A DNA stretch of 64,000 bases from Anolis carolinensis (lineage: Eukaryota). Location of the stretch: contig NC_085843.1 of assembly GCF_035594765.1 (NCBI RefSeq), positions 246,241,971 to 246,305,970 of the forward strand, given 5' to 3'. Of this stretch, positions 12,094-26,470 are shown one piece after another (position 1 is the first letter of the stretch; every line of letters begins with the position of its first letter). Below the pieces are notes generated by a model. That model was not told the DNA's origin and did no database searches. It was given only the letters and a program-made list of their open reading frames with translations. A program made the position numbers and the translations under genes.

Positions 12094-13469
12094 AATAATT
12101 AAACTCTGCTATTCTGTGCTTTTCTCCCTCAAAGGTGACCCAGACTAGGAAAATAAAAGTGAAATATTAGAAAAGAAGGGGTTAGCTTCAAACTGCATAT
12201 GACCAGGTAAAGGAGCAAATATATGAGATCTGGCAACCTGACAAAGTGGAAGGGAAAACAAATCTTAGTGGCTATGCAGTAATTGCTACAACCTGTTTCA
12301 TTCCTGCAAATTGGAAAATGAAAATTATGTTGCTTTGTAAGACCCACAGATAATTAATAATCACATCTAAAAGCTATGACTTTTCCTTGCTGATCAAGAA
12401 GACTGAAATGCAAGAACCATTGCCTTTCATAACTGCAAATTTCACAACAGGTGTAGGATCCCGATCCAGTCATGATTTCAGCCCTACAATTTCACAATGG
12501 TTAGAGCTGCCTCATCAAACTGCTCTTATTAGGTGAGGGCATTATATGAAACACAGAACTCTTTTTGTTATATTTTAACTAACTGTAAATTAAAAATCCA
12601 GCAAAATATGTCCCAAAGAAGACAATGCCTAATGTGTTCCTTCCCGTGTGTATACATGCAACATTGCATGATAAATTAGCAATTTCCTTATCTGCCTGAA
12701 TTCTCTGAAATTTGCCAAAACACTCAGGGCTGACAGAGGCTCTTAAATATTACCCAGTATATTTTGGAAGCTGGGACAACCATATATAAACTAACCATGA
12801 CAGATGATTTTTCTAATCTATTTTTAGTAGGTCCCAGTAATGGGCACTCTAGGCTCTGCCGTAAAGTAATTTATGGCCCCACTTCAAATCTACACTTTAA
12901 TAGAAAGTGCAAACCCTTCTATTAAAGTGAAAAACTGAAGTGAGGCCATAACATTGCATCATGCTTATCACAGACCAATTACTCCAGGTCATACTGACTA
13001 CAATTACAGTTAGAAAGCAGTCTCCTGTTTTCAGTCTGGGGAGAGAAATAAAAATATTATTGAACGGTGTGCTGACTCTGCAGCATCTTGAAATATTAAA
13101 TTGGCCATCTTGAATCTGAAAAAATCTGGCCATTGTCTTTCATACTAAGATTATCTGATATTACAAAAACATTATCTCTATCATTCAATACATGAAAATT
13201 GGGACATAACAGCTAAATAACACCAGAGTCTGGTCAAGATATTAAACTGTATTAATGAGGAAGAACACATAAGCTAGAAGAAGCTGTAACAGTTTGCTCT
13301 TGCTTTAATCTACTGAGAAGGGAAATATTCTTCCTCTCTAATTTTTGAACTATGAACTCAGTGAACGATAGGAAGACACAGAAGAATACAGGGGAGAATT
13401 TTAAACTGTGAAAGTTTCCAAAAACTGACTTACTAACAAAAGGATATAAAGGAATCCTAGCCTTTCTAA

Positions 13470-13613
13470 GGACCCTTCCATACTGCCCCTACATCCTAGG
13501 ATCTGATCCCAGATTATCTGCTTATCCCAGGTTTTCGGGTTGTGGGTTAATCCAGTTTAAAGCAGATAAACTGGGATCAGATCCTGGGATGTAGGGACAG
13601 TGTGGAAGGGGCC
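13470..13613. mobile_element. PIF/Harbinger-like palindromic MITE
   Basis: TIRs GGACCCTTCCATACTG / CAGTGTGGAAGGGGCC with a TAA TSD. Related copies at 46858-47008, about 48988-49137 and about 60267-60397. Confidence 0.75.
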
Positions 13614-14126
13614 TAAGGAGGAGATCTAAAGACTGGGAGCAGCTATCAAGAATACCCTCTTCTTTGTTCTCACCAAATACGTCTGAGAAGGGTGGTGGGA
13701 CAGAAAGAAGGGCTTCTCCAGATGATCTTAAGAGTTGTAATGAGATCTTAAAGAGAGATCTGGTTCTTCAAATATACTCCAGCAACTAGTGAACTAGTTT
13801 TAATTTTGCAAATATACTCCTGGTCACTCCTCAAACCTGGGCTTTCAAGCTCAGAGTTGAATCTACAAGTATTCCAAAATTGAGTGTGAGTTTTAGGGGA
13901 AGCGTAAATCCACCAGACACATGCTAAATCTGTATTTCAATTGACCATGATTAAGTTTCTATTTCACCACTATCATCCAGTCCTTTAAAGCTACCAGGCA
14001 CCAGTTGAGCACAGGAACAGCTTCTTTGCAATTACGTGAAAATGAGTAATACAGCAGAATACCACCAGCATACTGGTAACAGCTGGCCCAAAAGATCTGG
14101 ACCATGTATCCCAGCCATTTCATGTA

Positions 14127-14419
14127 CAGGCAGTCCCCAAGTTACAAGCTTTGGATACCATAGGGAAGAGTTAACACCCATGTGGTGTTTCTTTTGCTCT
14201 CTGTGCCCCTGTTAAGATTTCACCTCACTTTCTGTCCATGTGATTACTGGATTTTGAAAAAAAATGGCTTGTTGTGGAGACACCTTTTCTCCATGGTAAC
14301 TCTTTCAGGAGCAGATTTCCCTTCTTAAGAATAGATTTCTCCAATTTCCTGTTGTCTCACCCCCATTCTTAACTATGAGTTGTTTGTAAGTTGGATTTTT
14401 GTAACTTGGGGTCTGCCTG
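14127..14419. mobile_element. Non-autonomous Tc1/mariner (Tigger-like) element
   Basis: TIRs CAGGCAGTCCCCAAGTTACAA / TTGTAACTTGGGGTCTGCCTG with a TA TSD. Confidence 0.8.
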
Positions 14420-15729
14420 TATATATTAAATAGCATAAGGGAAAAGAGAAAACCTGACGAACTCTGTGGTTCAGTGGTCAAGGATCTGAGCACCACCATC
14501 AGAGAGCACTCTGCACGAAAGAATGGAGCCACTGTGAAACAATAGATCAAAGTCCCATTCCAAAGAGGCAACTCAGAAGGATACAATGACTGATGTTAAT
14601 GAAAGCCTCTGAAAGGCCCAACAGAACTAACAGAGCCTCCCTTCCCCAGCCACTCCAGTTTTCTGTATAGGCTGTCCACCAAGCCAACTAAAGTTGTCTC
14701 CATTATCAGACCTTGTCCAGGAAGATATTCAATGAGGAAATATGACTGTGACTAAGCACATGACTGTGACTGAGCTGAATCATGCTTTATTTGTTTGTTT
14801 TGGCATGGACACACCACTGTTCAGCTCCCCCAGAGTCCTACAACAGATAAAAATAAATATAAAACAATAACTAGATTAAAAACGTTTTATAATTAAATGA
14901 CAAAACACGTGTTAAACGTAATTTATTTTCTGTATGCACAATACATTGAAAGATGGGGAATGTTGAAGATTTTAGATGTGATGGGAAATAGATGACATTT
15001 CTCAGTATTATATGGCTTTGCTTGGTTAATGAATAGAAAAATATATAATGAATTTATATATTTAGTTTATGTCTTACAACTTCCCCATAAGCTCCAGAGG
15101 TTTAAAGGAGACAGTGCTTCAGGGTTTAAGAAGAATTATCACAGATTACACTTTAACCTTTTCTTTAGATTACATGGAAATATCTTATCATGCAGTATTT
15201 AATTTTCTCAAGTTTCATTCTGTAATAAAAATCTAAGTTAAACTTATGCCAGCAACCACTGTGACATTAATTAAATCTGACACTAACGTGGCAGCTGGGA
15301 TCAGGCGGTTTCTTCTTATGGTTGCATAGTGGTTGCTTTAAATGTGATGCAAATCCCAAGCAATGGTGGTGGAAGAGGTTTTATTTAATAATATGCAACC
15401 TTCCTGTTGCTACTAGTTATCTAGATCTTAAAATGCATTCAACATCTGTTAATGGGGATTAAAGGGTAATTTCCAATGCAGCTGCTATCAGGATGATACC
15501 ACTGTGCTAGAAAAGATGACATAATTACTGGCAAGCAGGAGACAGCTGGCAAAGACTCTACAGATATCTAAGAAAGGATAGTTTTCAATAAGTATACACT
15601 AATTGAGAGGTGGTCAACAGTGAGATTTTGTGTTTGAGACAGCCAATGCAAACAAAAAGCAGCATGATGCTTGGAAAGGATGGTGCACAGAAGGCTTCTT
15701 AATAACTTAAAACCATGTAGGGTTTTAAA

Positions 15730-15965
15730 GGTCTAAACCAACACTTTGTACTTTGCCTGGAAACTAATTGGCAGCCAGTGGAGTGACTTTAGGATAGGTG
15801 TAATATGCTCACTCCTAGATGTTCCTGTACCCAATCTGGCAGATGTATTTTGAACCAACTGGAATTTCCAAACTTGGTACAAGAATAGCCCAATGTAAAG
15901 TGCATTACAGAAGCCCAACCTTAAGGTTACCAGCTTATGCACTGCCATTTTTAGGTCCTCCAATT
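15730..15965 (-). mobile_element. Old L2 LINE fragment
   Basis: Translation LQLVQN-like (FQLVQNTSARL...EHITPILKSLHWLPISFQAKYKVLV) matches the L2 ORF2 C-terminus. Confidence 0.75.
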
Positions 15966-17640
15966 ATAGGAGAGGTGCAGCTGACATATCAGCAGAAGCT
16001 GATACCAAGCTTTTATAGAAACTTAGGGTTCTACAGAACACAGATTGTGCACACAACTACAATTTATATTAAAACAGAATGTGCTTTCATTTGAGAAATG
16101 TTTGCCATAGTATTTAAACCCTTACATTAGAACAAACATTCCTTGGATGTCAGGTAAAAGAACAGCAAAATAAAGACAAGAAACAACAGAGCAGCATCAG
16201 CAAAAAGCAGTGTACAAGATACATGGTACTTCTGCTCAACCAATGTTAGCAGGGATACGTCTTATATTTGGCAGCTAAAGTAACATTTTTTTTCAGTTGA
16301 TATGGGGCAGTGATATGTTCTATCCAGGATTGGCTGGAAAACACTTCTAGCTTTGATTTACTTTCATTTTCATTTATTTGAGAATATTTTATTTTGCTGA
16401 TGGGGAAACTGCCCATGGTTAGCTTGGTGATATGGGGATACCTTTCCCCCTGATTTTTAAAAAATAGGCTCTGGTGCTATAGGATGCATATTCCCCATCT
16501 CTGTTCTAACCAGTCACATTTAGTCACATTGGTGGCTAAAGAGAATACAGCCAAGAAAGGAGATTGAAAACAGCTACACGTATTGTAGATATTTAGCCCT
16601 AAGTGACAGGCTTTTTAATCCCAATTTTTTTGACCTAGGCCTATTCCATCTTCCATTCTTCCCATTTTGGAATCCAAAACAGTCTCGAAAGGTATTGAAG
16701 GTAAAACACATAATTCATTTCTGACCATTTTGACACTGTAAAAAGCAATGCAAGATAATAACAGCACAGGGGAACACGAGGGTCTGAACACATTAGCACT
16801 AACAGATTGCAAAAAGATATTTGGCACCATCAGCGCAGTACTAAAAGGCACTTGTAGAACAAGAAATTGAATCACATGATAGAGAGGAAATCTAACCATG
16901 CATGACAAGGCATGAAAAGTTAAACAAGGTTTCCCATGAGTAATAATAAAATACAAAAGGGTGTATTATTTTCCTAGCTGCTCATTGGTCTACACTGCAT
17001 TAAGAAAGTGACTTTATAATACTTACAAACTGCAGGAGCAGAAGACAGAGACATTCATTTAATTTAAGGAGACAAGGTTGCTTAGGGAATAAAATCCTTT
17101 ACTTAAGAATGGCAAAAAGAGAAGAAAATAAAGGAATCTGTTTGAACTAAAAAATCGGTAGCAAAAATATTTGTTTAAATTTAATTGAAAAATTAATTTG
17201 TACTCAGTTGATTTAAAGAGGTGGTGGTACATTCAAGTGACCTATGCAGAAATCTATGTGTCTGCTTGTTTCCTTGCAGACAATGATACTGCACTTATAA
17301 AACCATTGTTGTTTTGGAACTTATGTTCAGATGAGTAAGGTATTCTGCATGAAAAAATGAAATGTTAACTTTTTTGGACTACAAGTTCCAAAATCCTACG
17401 CTCATTTTCCCTGGACTGTGAAGAAATTCAATAATTTCTTGAATAACTTTGATGCACAGTTATCCTGTTAGATCTAGACCATTCTGTAACATAAACCCCC
17501 AATAAAAACAGTTTAGAACTCTATCATGTTGAACTAGCATCTCAAATATCAATAAGACTGACATTCTGATGCTAGATTCATTTCCAGCACCAATATGTTT
17601 TCACTATAAGAGTAGTAAATGCACTGTTTGGAAGTGACAA

Positions 17641-17994
17641 CAGTAGATTCTCACTTATCCAACCTTCGGTCATCCAGCGTTCTGTATTTTCTGACTCAGT
17701 TTGTCTCCCACTCGGATCCACAGTTGTTTCTCCAGGCAAGCAAGGATCACAGATTTTTAAAAAATCTTCACAGGACTGAACTTTTTTCTGATTTAACTCC
17801 TGACAATGTTGTTACTGTAAGTTCATCTCATGCAATTCTATCTTTATTTGTAGTCAATGTTTTAGTAGTCAATGTTTTTGTAGTCAATGTTTTCAATACA
17901 TTGCAGTGTTTTGGTACTAAATTCATAAATACAATAATTACTACATAAAGCTACTGTGTGTATTGAACTGTTTTTTTCTGTCGATTTGTTGTAA

Positions 17995-18038
<44 letters not shown>

Positions 18039-18774
18039 CTTTATTTTTATACCCCGCCCCATCTCCCCGAAGGGACTTGGGGCGGCTTACATGGGGCCCT
18101 GTTGGATAAAACAATCAAATATCAAAACACAGCAATAAAACAGTTATCCAATAAAAACATCAATTACAGTAAAAACAATAGTTAAAATCAACATAAAACA
18201 TACAATATTAACACTGGAGACTAATTCATAGAACCCAGGCAAAGTACAACATGTGCCGAAATGGGCCGAAATGGAGAAGGTAATTTCACAGTTGAAATGG
18301 ACAAAGTGCAATATAGCATTGGCAACACCTCGAGAATGGGGCTATTCTAAAATGGGCAGATAGATCAATCCGACACCAAATTAAGTATCAAAGGCCTTTT
18401 GAAAGAGCCAGGTTTTTAAGCTCCTACGGAAGGAGAGGAGGGTAGGGGCCTGCCTGATCTCTCTAGGGAGTGAGTTCCAAAGCTGGGGGGCCACAGCGGA
18501 GAAGGCCCTCTCTCTCGTCCCCACCAACCGTGACTGCGAAGGTGGTGGGAGCAAGAGAAGGGCCTCCCCTGACAAGCGAAGAGAACGTGCGGGTTCGTAG
18601 GGGGGGATGCGGTTAGGAAATGATGTTTTGGTGCTTAATTTGTAAAATCATAACATAATTTTTAATAAAATAAAATTTTAATAGGCTTTTCCTTCATCCC
18701 TCCTTATTATCCAACATTTTTGCTTATCTAACATTCTGTCGGCTCGTTTATGTTGGATAAGCAAGACTCTACTG
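17641..18774. mobile_element. Non-autonomous Tc1/mariner element interrupted by an L2 3' end
   Basis: TIRs CAGTAGATTCTCACTTATCCAAC / GTTGGATAAGCAAGACTCTACTG. Collinear with the uninterrupted relative at 39789-40115. Confidence 0.8.
17996..18617 (-). mobile_element. 5'-truncated L2 LINE with (TTA)n tail
   Basis: ORF 18381-18575 reads RAFSAVAPQLWNSLPREIRQAPTLLSFRRSLKTWLF (L2 ORF2 end). The 3' UTR is shared with 29510-29690. (AAT)n tail at about 17996-18037. Confidence 0.85.
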
Positions 18775-18915
18775 TATTTGCAAACTGCTTGCAGACAATT
18801 GCTTATTTGCAATCATGGGCTTTCCCCAACAACAGAGGTTTAACTATATAATGTTACCCCTATAACTTAAAATAGGGTAATATTACACCTTTTGTGCTGT
18901 AACTCAATGCTTCTC

Positions 18916-19795
18916 TGTCAGGACCCAGGCTACAGAGCACCAATAACCATGCGCAGAGGCCAGATTCTATTTAATATCTTTATTAAAGGAATATATAAAG
19001 TCAATAAAAACAGGTGAAGAATATAGTTCAGAAGTAGACCTTTCAGGGAAGGTCAAATATAGTCCAGGAAATTAATGTCCAATATATGATATTAGAGTCC
19101 AAAGTTATAATCCAATAACCGAAACACACACTTTGCCTTGCAAAGTGTGGGGAAATGACAAGGTCCTTTAGTCCATAGAACTTGACAACGAGGCTGGAAA
19201 CAAACTAGATTCTTGGCAAAACAAGGCTTGATACGAGGCAACAAGAAGCAATAAGCAAGAACAGGGTCCGTGGCGAGGTCCGTGGAAACAAGGCAGGCTT
19301 GGAACTAGAACAAGGTCCGTGGCAAGGTCCTGGAAACAAGGAACTGGAGTAGCGTAGTCCACACCCGATCTCACTCCTGAAGCTGACGAATTGACTCCGC
19401 AAGGATCTCCTTGCGGGTAAACACCTATATAGGATCTTGTTTTCCCGCCAAGGAACACTTTCCCTGGGGAACAAGAAGTGAAACCCATACTATGTCCAGA
19501 TGCATGACTCCTTAAGATTTCCCAAGGAAAACAGGCTTAATCAGCTAATTGTCTGGCAGCGATTCTGGCGCTTCGGCGATTCGCCTCCCTAGCGCCTCTA
19601 TCTCGATTATAATTATCCCTACGAGAGAACGGGGGAGAATTCTGCCCAAGGCTTGTTTGGCTGGCTTCTGGAGGGCAAACATCCTGCAGGTGCAAGGGCT
19701 CCAATTCTGGCTGAAACGGTGGGAAACCAAAGTTTTCCTCTTCGTCTGCCACAATAGTACTGGGAACGGGACTACATGGCCCATGAGACATCACA
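18916..19795 (-). mobile_element. Solo LTR (Gypsy-type), 880 bp, same family as 9612-10477
   Basis: TG...CA ends; perfect 5-bp TSD ttctc at 18911-18915 and 19796-19800. Confidence 0.92.
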
Positions 19796-20289
19796 TTCTC
19801 AAGCTATCTGATCAGGGGAACCAGCAGGCCTTCCCCTCCATGTACCAAGGACTGGCACCTTATTTATGTCCATTGGCTAAAACTGTCTCCTCCTTTCCTT
19901 AAAACATGCTGCAGATTTCCAGCCAATGGTTTGTGGACAAACACTGATTCACAAGCCACCGCTTTCAAGTAGCATTGGTATAACTATAACTTTCAATTAC
20001 TTTTACAATTACGAGAGCGTGGCTCCACTAAATAGTGGATGAAGAATATCACATAGTTACAGTCTTGGTTCATACATTGCCTCAAGCTATATTATGGACG
20101 TTGAGGTGACACCTAACTGGAATGAAGAGGCATTTTAAATAGCAGAGGCTTGGGGCATATAGCATTAAGATAGGATTTCTTTTTTTAAAAACAACAAGAA
20201 CCTAGAACATTACTATTCTAGTTAGTTTGAGAACCAAGAAATTAAGAGTTACTGTCCAGTGCTGGGGCTCTACCAGTGTCAAGGGCTGA

Positions 20290-20670
20290 AGTTGGCATGT
20301 TTAGCCTGCAGAAGAGAAGGCTGAGAGGAGACATGATAGTCATGTACAAATACGTGAAGGGAAGTCATAGGGAGGAGGGAGCAAGCTTGTTTTCTGCTGC
20401 CCTGCAGACTAGGACACAGAACAATGGCTTCAAACTACAGGAAAGGAGATTCCACCTGAACATCAGGAAGAACTTCCTCACTGTGAGGGCTGTTCGACAG
20501 TGGAGCTCTCTCCCCCGGGCTGTGGTGGAGGCTCCTTCCTTGGAGGCTTTTAAGCAGAGGCTGGATGGCCATCTGTCAGGGGAGCTTTGAATGCGATTTC
20601 CTGCTTCTTGGCAGGGGGTTGGACTGGATGGCCCATGAGGTCTCTTCCAACTCTAATATTCTATGATTCT
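20290..20670 (+). mobile_element. CR1 LINE 3' end
   Basis: LGMFSL-type ORF2 end (GMFSLQKRRLRGDMI...RKNFLTVRAVRQW...EAFKQRLDGHL) and a TTCTATGATTCTA tail. Confidence 0.9.
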
Positions 20671-20689
20671 AAGTTTATCAAAGAAACAC

Positions 20690-21330
20690 AAGGTGAGCCA
20701 AGACCATATTTCCTTAAATGGAAAACTAAAGCCTTGAGTCTTTTTAAGGTCTGGCTAACAAAACAGACAGCCCACAGCTGGAGTAATATGTACAAATCAA
20801 GGTCAAGAGTCCAATTAATGCAGAAACTACTACAAAGCAAGAACAATCAGTAGCCAAGTTTGCAGTCCAAAAGTCAGATGCCAAGAGTTCACTCATCAGA
20901 GTTACTAAAGCAAGTCCAAAGGTACAAATAGAAATTCAAGTCCATAAATCAAGCCAAAAAGTAAATCCAGAGTTCAGATTCAAGGTTTCAAAATACAACA
21001 AGGTCAACAAGGTATAACGGGGTTATAGCAACAGCAGAGTGCAAATTAGGATTATAGGAACAAGATTAAGGTCCAGAATTCTAACTCAAGGTGTAACAGT
21101 GCCAAGGTCCAGGACAAGAGTTCGACATTATCTTCTACCAAAGACCCATCTCTTCCAGACCCCTTTTAATCCTGAGTTTCTCATTGCTGCTCAATTCAGC
21201 AAGCCTTCACAGATAATCCCCGAAGCCTGTGAAGTTTTTCTCGTAGAGAAGGTCAGATTAACCCCCTCCAAGCTCCCAGCAGCATCCAAGCCAGGCCTAA
21301 CGAACTGCTGGCTAGGACAGTAACCTAAAA
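20690..21330 (-). mobile_element. Probable degenerate solo LTR
   Basis: CAAG/GTCC-rich repetitive composition resembling the U5 side of the LTR at 18916-19795. I found no clear termini or TSD. Confidence 0.35.
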
Positions 21331-22819
21331 ACAAAAGCATCGATTACATTGAGAAAATATTTTGAATCTTGGAACTGGTAAATGTTATTAAAGTAAGTTT
21401 TAAAAGTAAGTTTCAAGGCCACTGAGGGCCCATCTACACAGCATTTAAAACACAGGAGTTCCTGAGTTAAAATGGGGGGGGGGGGGGGGGCTACATAACA
21501 CTAGCAGTAAATCCATACTGATTTGCAGCAACTGACAAAGCACATGGAGTAAAAATGTCCCGTTTTATCCTGATTCCGTCTGGAAAATGTGCATATTTGC
21601 ATCGCTGTATATCCCTGCACTCATGAAAAACACATTATTTCCTTCTTCCCCCCCCCCCCACCCCGGTGGAGAGTATTCCAGCACATGTCCACTTTTTAAA
21701 AGTCTGAAACAGTTGGTCAGCTGATTGTGCTGTGAAACGGACACATAGCTGATTTAAAAGAAGAATGAACGGGGAGCAATTAGAACTCTCTGAAACTCTT
21801 TATTTTAAACTTTATAATATTCAACAGAGCTTGAACAAACAATTGGTGAAAGAGAGAAATCCAACGGAATTTTTAAAAATTCCCTCCAATATATGCTGAA
21901 CCTCATATGTGCACATGCAAATTGGCTTGTATTTATATTAAGATAGTCACAGTCCAGTGCATAATGGAGTGATTTTTTTTTTAAACTTCAGATTTACCAA
22001 AGTCATGGTCCACAAGACTATAAATAAAAGAGTAGATAAATCATTTAGTTTGCTGTCATCACAAGGAGAGAGAAACATAAGAACTGTTTTGGATTGAGCA
22101 GAGAATAAAGCAGCACTCATGGAGAAATGGTAGAGAGATTGAAACGGAGAAAATCTCAAGGATCCTTTAAAAAGCAGATGAAAGACTGTCCCTCCATCCC
22201 AACTGCCACTGTTCTGATCTTAGGAGGAATGAAACAGCAGTGTCTGCTGGACTTAACCCCGTTCCTTGCTACCATATATTTACCTTTATGCCCTATCTTA
22301 TTTGGATTGTAAAGCCTGGGGGCAATTCAATGATTTGTAAGCTGCTCTGAGAGCCTTTGTGACTGAAGAGTGGGATATAAATACTCTACATAAATAAATA
22401 TGGATAATCTTGATCTTATTTTGTTACCAAGGAAGCACTTTCACTCAGTAGAATTTAAGAATGTCTTGTGTAAACAGCAGCAACCTGATGGTTCTGCTTC
22501 CTTGACTTCATACTTTACAATGTAAACTAAACCAGTTCTGCAAGACAACTTAACATAAAAATAGCTGTCCCAAACTGGCCCCTGGTCCTTTACTCATATA
22601 GATGGGATCTGATCACTCTGCTTAAGATCTGTTAGATATGAAACTAGGTAAATGGAATTAACATTCAGATTTATTTGTTACATGAACAGACAATGGTACT
22701 ACTGAAGATTTTCTCAGAAAAGCAAATAGCAGTTTCAGAGATTTTTTTTGTTGAATCCACTCAATTCCAAGAGTCCTCAAGTTTTCCCTATGTTTATGTG
22801 TATATGATGATGATGATGA

Positions 22820-23174
22820 TGATGCAATCCCAGGCAACAGCAGAATTGACAAGAAGCAACTGGAAAAACTTACACAATATAAGTATTTAAAGATTGAATT
22901 GCAAAAACTCTGGCACAAGCCAGTAAAGGGTGTCCCAGTGGTGATCAGCACACTGGGTGCAGTGCCTAAAGACCTTGGCCAGAGTAAAAACAATAGGCGT
23001 TGACAAAATTACCATGTGTCAGTTGCAAAAGGCCACTCTTCTACTGGGATCTGCACGCACTAATCGCCGATACATCACATAGTCCTAGACACTTGGGAAG
23101 TGTCCGACGTGTGATCCAATATAACAGCCAGCATAGTGATCTTGTTTGCTGTATACTAATCTTATTGTGCACGA

Positions 23175-23228
<54 letters not shown>
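22820..23228 (+). mobile_element. R4/Dong-like non-LTR retrotransposon 3' end with (TAA)n tail
   Basis: Translates AIPGNSRIDKKQLEKLTQYKYLKIELQKLWHKPVKGVPVVISTLGAVPKDL, a restriction-like endonuclease C-terminus, followed by (TAA)n at about 23175-23228. Confidence 0.75.
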
Positions 23229-23230
<2 letters not shown>

Positions 23231-24548
23231 AGCTCTACATTCAAACTTTTTTTTAAAAAGGTACTCCTTTGGAAAATGTCCTATTTTCCAAAAGATGTCA
23301 AAATGTCAAATACCCCCCCCCCTCCGAAATTGTCCATTATAACAGCACACCTTGTTTTTCTTTCAAAAGCAGCACTGCTTATTGCATTTTTTTATCGCAC
23401 CCAATAGACAAATGATTTGGAAGTTTTTCAGACAGTTCACAAATAAAGTTTTAATTCATAAGTTCTGTAAATGCAGTGAAATACAATATAAAATCTAACT
23501 AAAATTATAAAGGCACAGAACAAAACCAAAGAAAAATTCAAACAGTATCAGAAAGTAGGATTTCAAGAATCCCAAAATCACTAAGTTTTACAACCAAAGC
23601 AAGTAAAAAGGTTAGGATAAAAAGGTTTTCATAGGAGCTGGTGTGTATGTATGTGTGTAATTCTTGAAAAGATCTTAGAGACTGAAAAAAAACAACATTA
23701 TTCCCCAGTGAGTGTCATGCTGAACCATTATATGGGCCATCTTTCATTTCAACAGTTAAAGTAAATACCAATATTAGGAGTTTGGCTTGTCAGCAGTAAT
23801 TCATATAGCATTTGCTTCTGGTTTTCCTAACCTTTTCATAGATAGTATTCTAAATCTTAACTGTAAGCATCTTCATTGTTTTGGTGTCAGCCGTGTATTT
23901 GATATTTGCAATCTGCTGATTGCTCTGTTTCCTGATGCTTTCCAAGCATCCACAGGTAACGCTCTATCTGTCAACAATTCTGAGTCTCAGATTTTTAAAT
24001 GAATGTCTGCCCATCCCTATCTTGAATTTTTGCTGGTGCTGGAATGAACATGACCCAAAGAACTGTCTGGGTCATTAATTGTTCTGTCCATCTAAGCAGA
24101 ACATGAACACTACTGAAACACAGCTTTTCTGATGTTTTCTACCCACGTTGTTTTGCTGAAATGTGCTTTCAGATAAGACTTTTATTGCGCAAAATGTACC
24201 CCCATTCAATGAATTTTATTGGGAATGGGTCTAGAGGATGACAGCTTCACCTTGTAACAGTGTCATGCCCTCGTCACTTCTACCTTTATTTCTTGACACG
24301 CAAAGACACAGAGAAAAAGATGGAATAGCTACACAATATCCTTTTGATTGGACTCCTAGTGAAAGTGCACTGGAAAAAATTCATTGTTTTCCCATTTTTC
24401 TTGTTAAAACTGCAAATGGACTATCATTTCTTTAGATTAAATGGTAAGATCAATAAACAGATGTGACAATGCAATTTAACTTTTCCTCTCCCCGTAAAAA
24501 TGGGGCAAAGCTCTTTTCACTAAGTTTAAACTTGCAATTATCCCACTA

Positions 24549-24893
<345 letters not shown>

Positions 24894-25189
24894 TTAGGCC
24901 AGCGGTCTTTAGCAGCAACACCTTAATGGAAAAACAGCAACAATTAAAACAGTCTATCTAGCTAACATATTCCTAAAGTGCTTCTCATAACAAAACTCTG
25001 AAACACCAAGGAGTCCATTATTAGAACAACATGACAAGTCAGCAGAATGCATGTTGACTTTTCCCAATCTGAGAACACCCACATATTTTAGGCTAGCATT
25101 CTCATCTACCACAATCAGTGTCAGCAATTAAATTATTGTTTTTAAGTGGTTTGTTGTTTAATGGTGATTATAGTTTTGACAGAATGGTG

Positions 25190-25754
25190 GAATTATTGAG
25201 TTAGAAGGGGATTTATGTACCATTAGGTCAAACTCCCTGCTCAATGTAAGATCTTCACCCACAACATTCACAGTAGGGAGCTGTCCAGCATCTTTTTGGA
25301 GATATCCAAAGAAGGAGATCTCAACTCCTTTCTGGGTAACTGGTTCCATTGTTAAATTGTGTCCACTTGTAGTGTCAATACATTTCTTTGACTGTTTTGG
25401 TAGAAATCTACCCCCCTGTAACTTAAAACTATTAGACCTAGTTCTGCCCTCTGGAACAGCAGAGAACAAGGCTGTACCCTTCTCTTTCTGACAGCCCTTA
25501 AGGCAGGAATGTCAAACTCATTGTCTCTGAGTGTCATGGCAGCCTTATGGTTGCCTTCAAAGGGCCTTTTGTAATTGTAAAACTATAAATATAAGTATGT
25601 TGCCCTAGCACGAGCCACATAGAATGATGTGGAGGGCCTGCTCTGGCCTGCAGGCATTACGTTTGACATGCGTGCCTTAAGGTATTTAAAGAGTGCAGTC
25701 ATGTCACCCCCTTAATATTTTTTATACTGACCTTGAATCATCAGGTGGGTAATA

Positions 25755-25805
<51 letters not shown>

Positions 25806-26470
25806 CTTTTCTTCACCAACCTGAACATTCCCAGCTCCTTCATCCTCCCCTCATGTTTTGTTTTCTGGGTCTCTTATCAATCTCTTGCCCTTCTCTGAAC
25901 TCACTCCTATTTGTTTATATGCTTTTTAATTTGAGGTGCCTAGAACTGAACATAGTATTCTGAATGAGGTCCTACCATACTGGGATGATTAATTCCCTTG
26001 AATGGAAAACTATGCTTCTATTAAAGCAGGCTAAGATAGCATTTTCTTTGCTGCAGCCCCACTGCCAGCTCATATTCAATTTATGATCTGCTATAATCCC
26101 AAAGCACATTTCAGATGTGGGGGGTACTTGACCGTTGAGTCAAGTACCCCACACCCCTCCATCCCATACCTGTGCATATGGCCTCTGTGGCCTCAATGTC
26201 TCTGTTAAATTTTATATCATTTTCAGCCCAGTTGTCTAGTTTATCAAGCTCCTTTTGAATTCTGTTCCTATCTTCCAATGTGTCGGCTACCTCTTCCAGC
26301 TTTGTAAAATTTGCAAATTTGGTAAGAATTCCTCCTACCTCATAAGCTACATAACCAATCAAAATATTGAAGAAAGTTGGCCCCAGGACAAAACCCGCAG
26401 CACTCCAGACGTCATTCTAATTTGAAGCAACACCAGTAATGACAATTCTTGAAGCAGAGTTTTCCAATGA
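25190..26470 (-). mobile_element. Degenerate CR1 LINE, interrupted by a hAT MITE and an (AAT)n run
   Basis: Remnants such as KFANFTKL...LEDRNRIQKELDKLDNWAE and FSAVPEGRTRSNSFKLQ. Confidence 0.75.
25504..25674. mobile_element. Non-autonomous hAT MITE
   Basis: TIRs CAGGAATGTCAAAC / GTTTGACATGCGTG; perfect 8-bp TSD ccttaagg. Confidence 0.8.

Noticed and set aside
23041-23244. Poly-Tyr, poly-Leu and poly-Val ORFs (also 17862-18062 and 40579-40791)
   Set aside because: Translations of (TAA)n and (CAA)n microsatellites or LINE tails.
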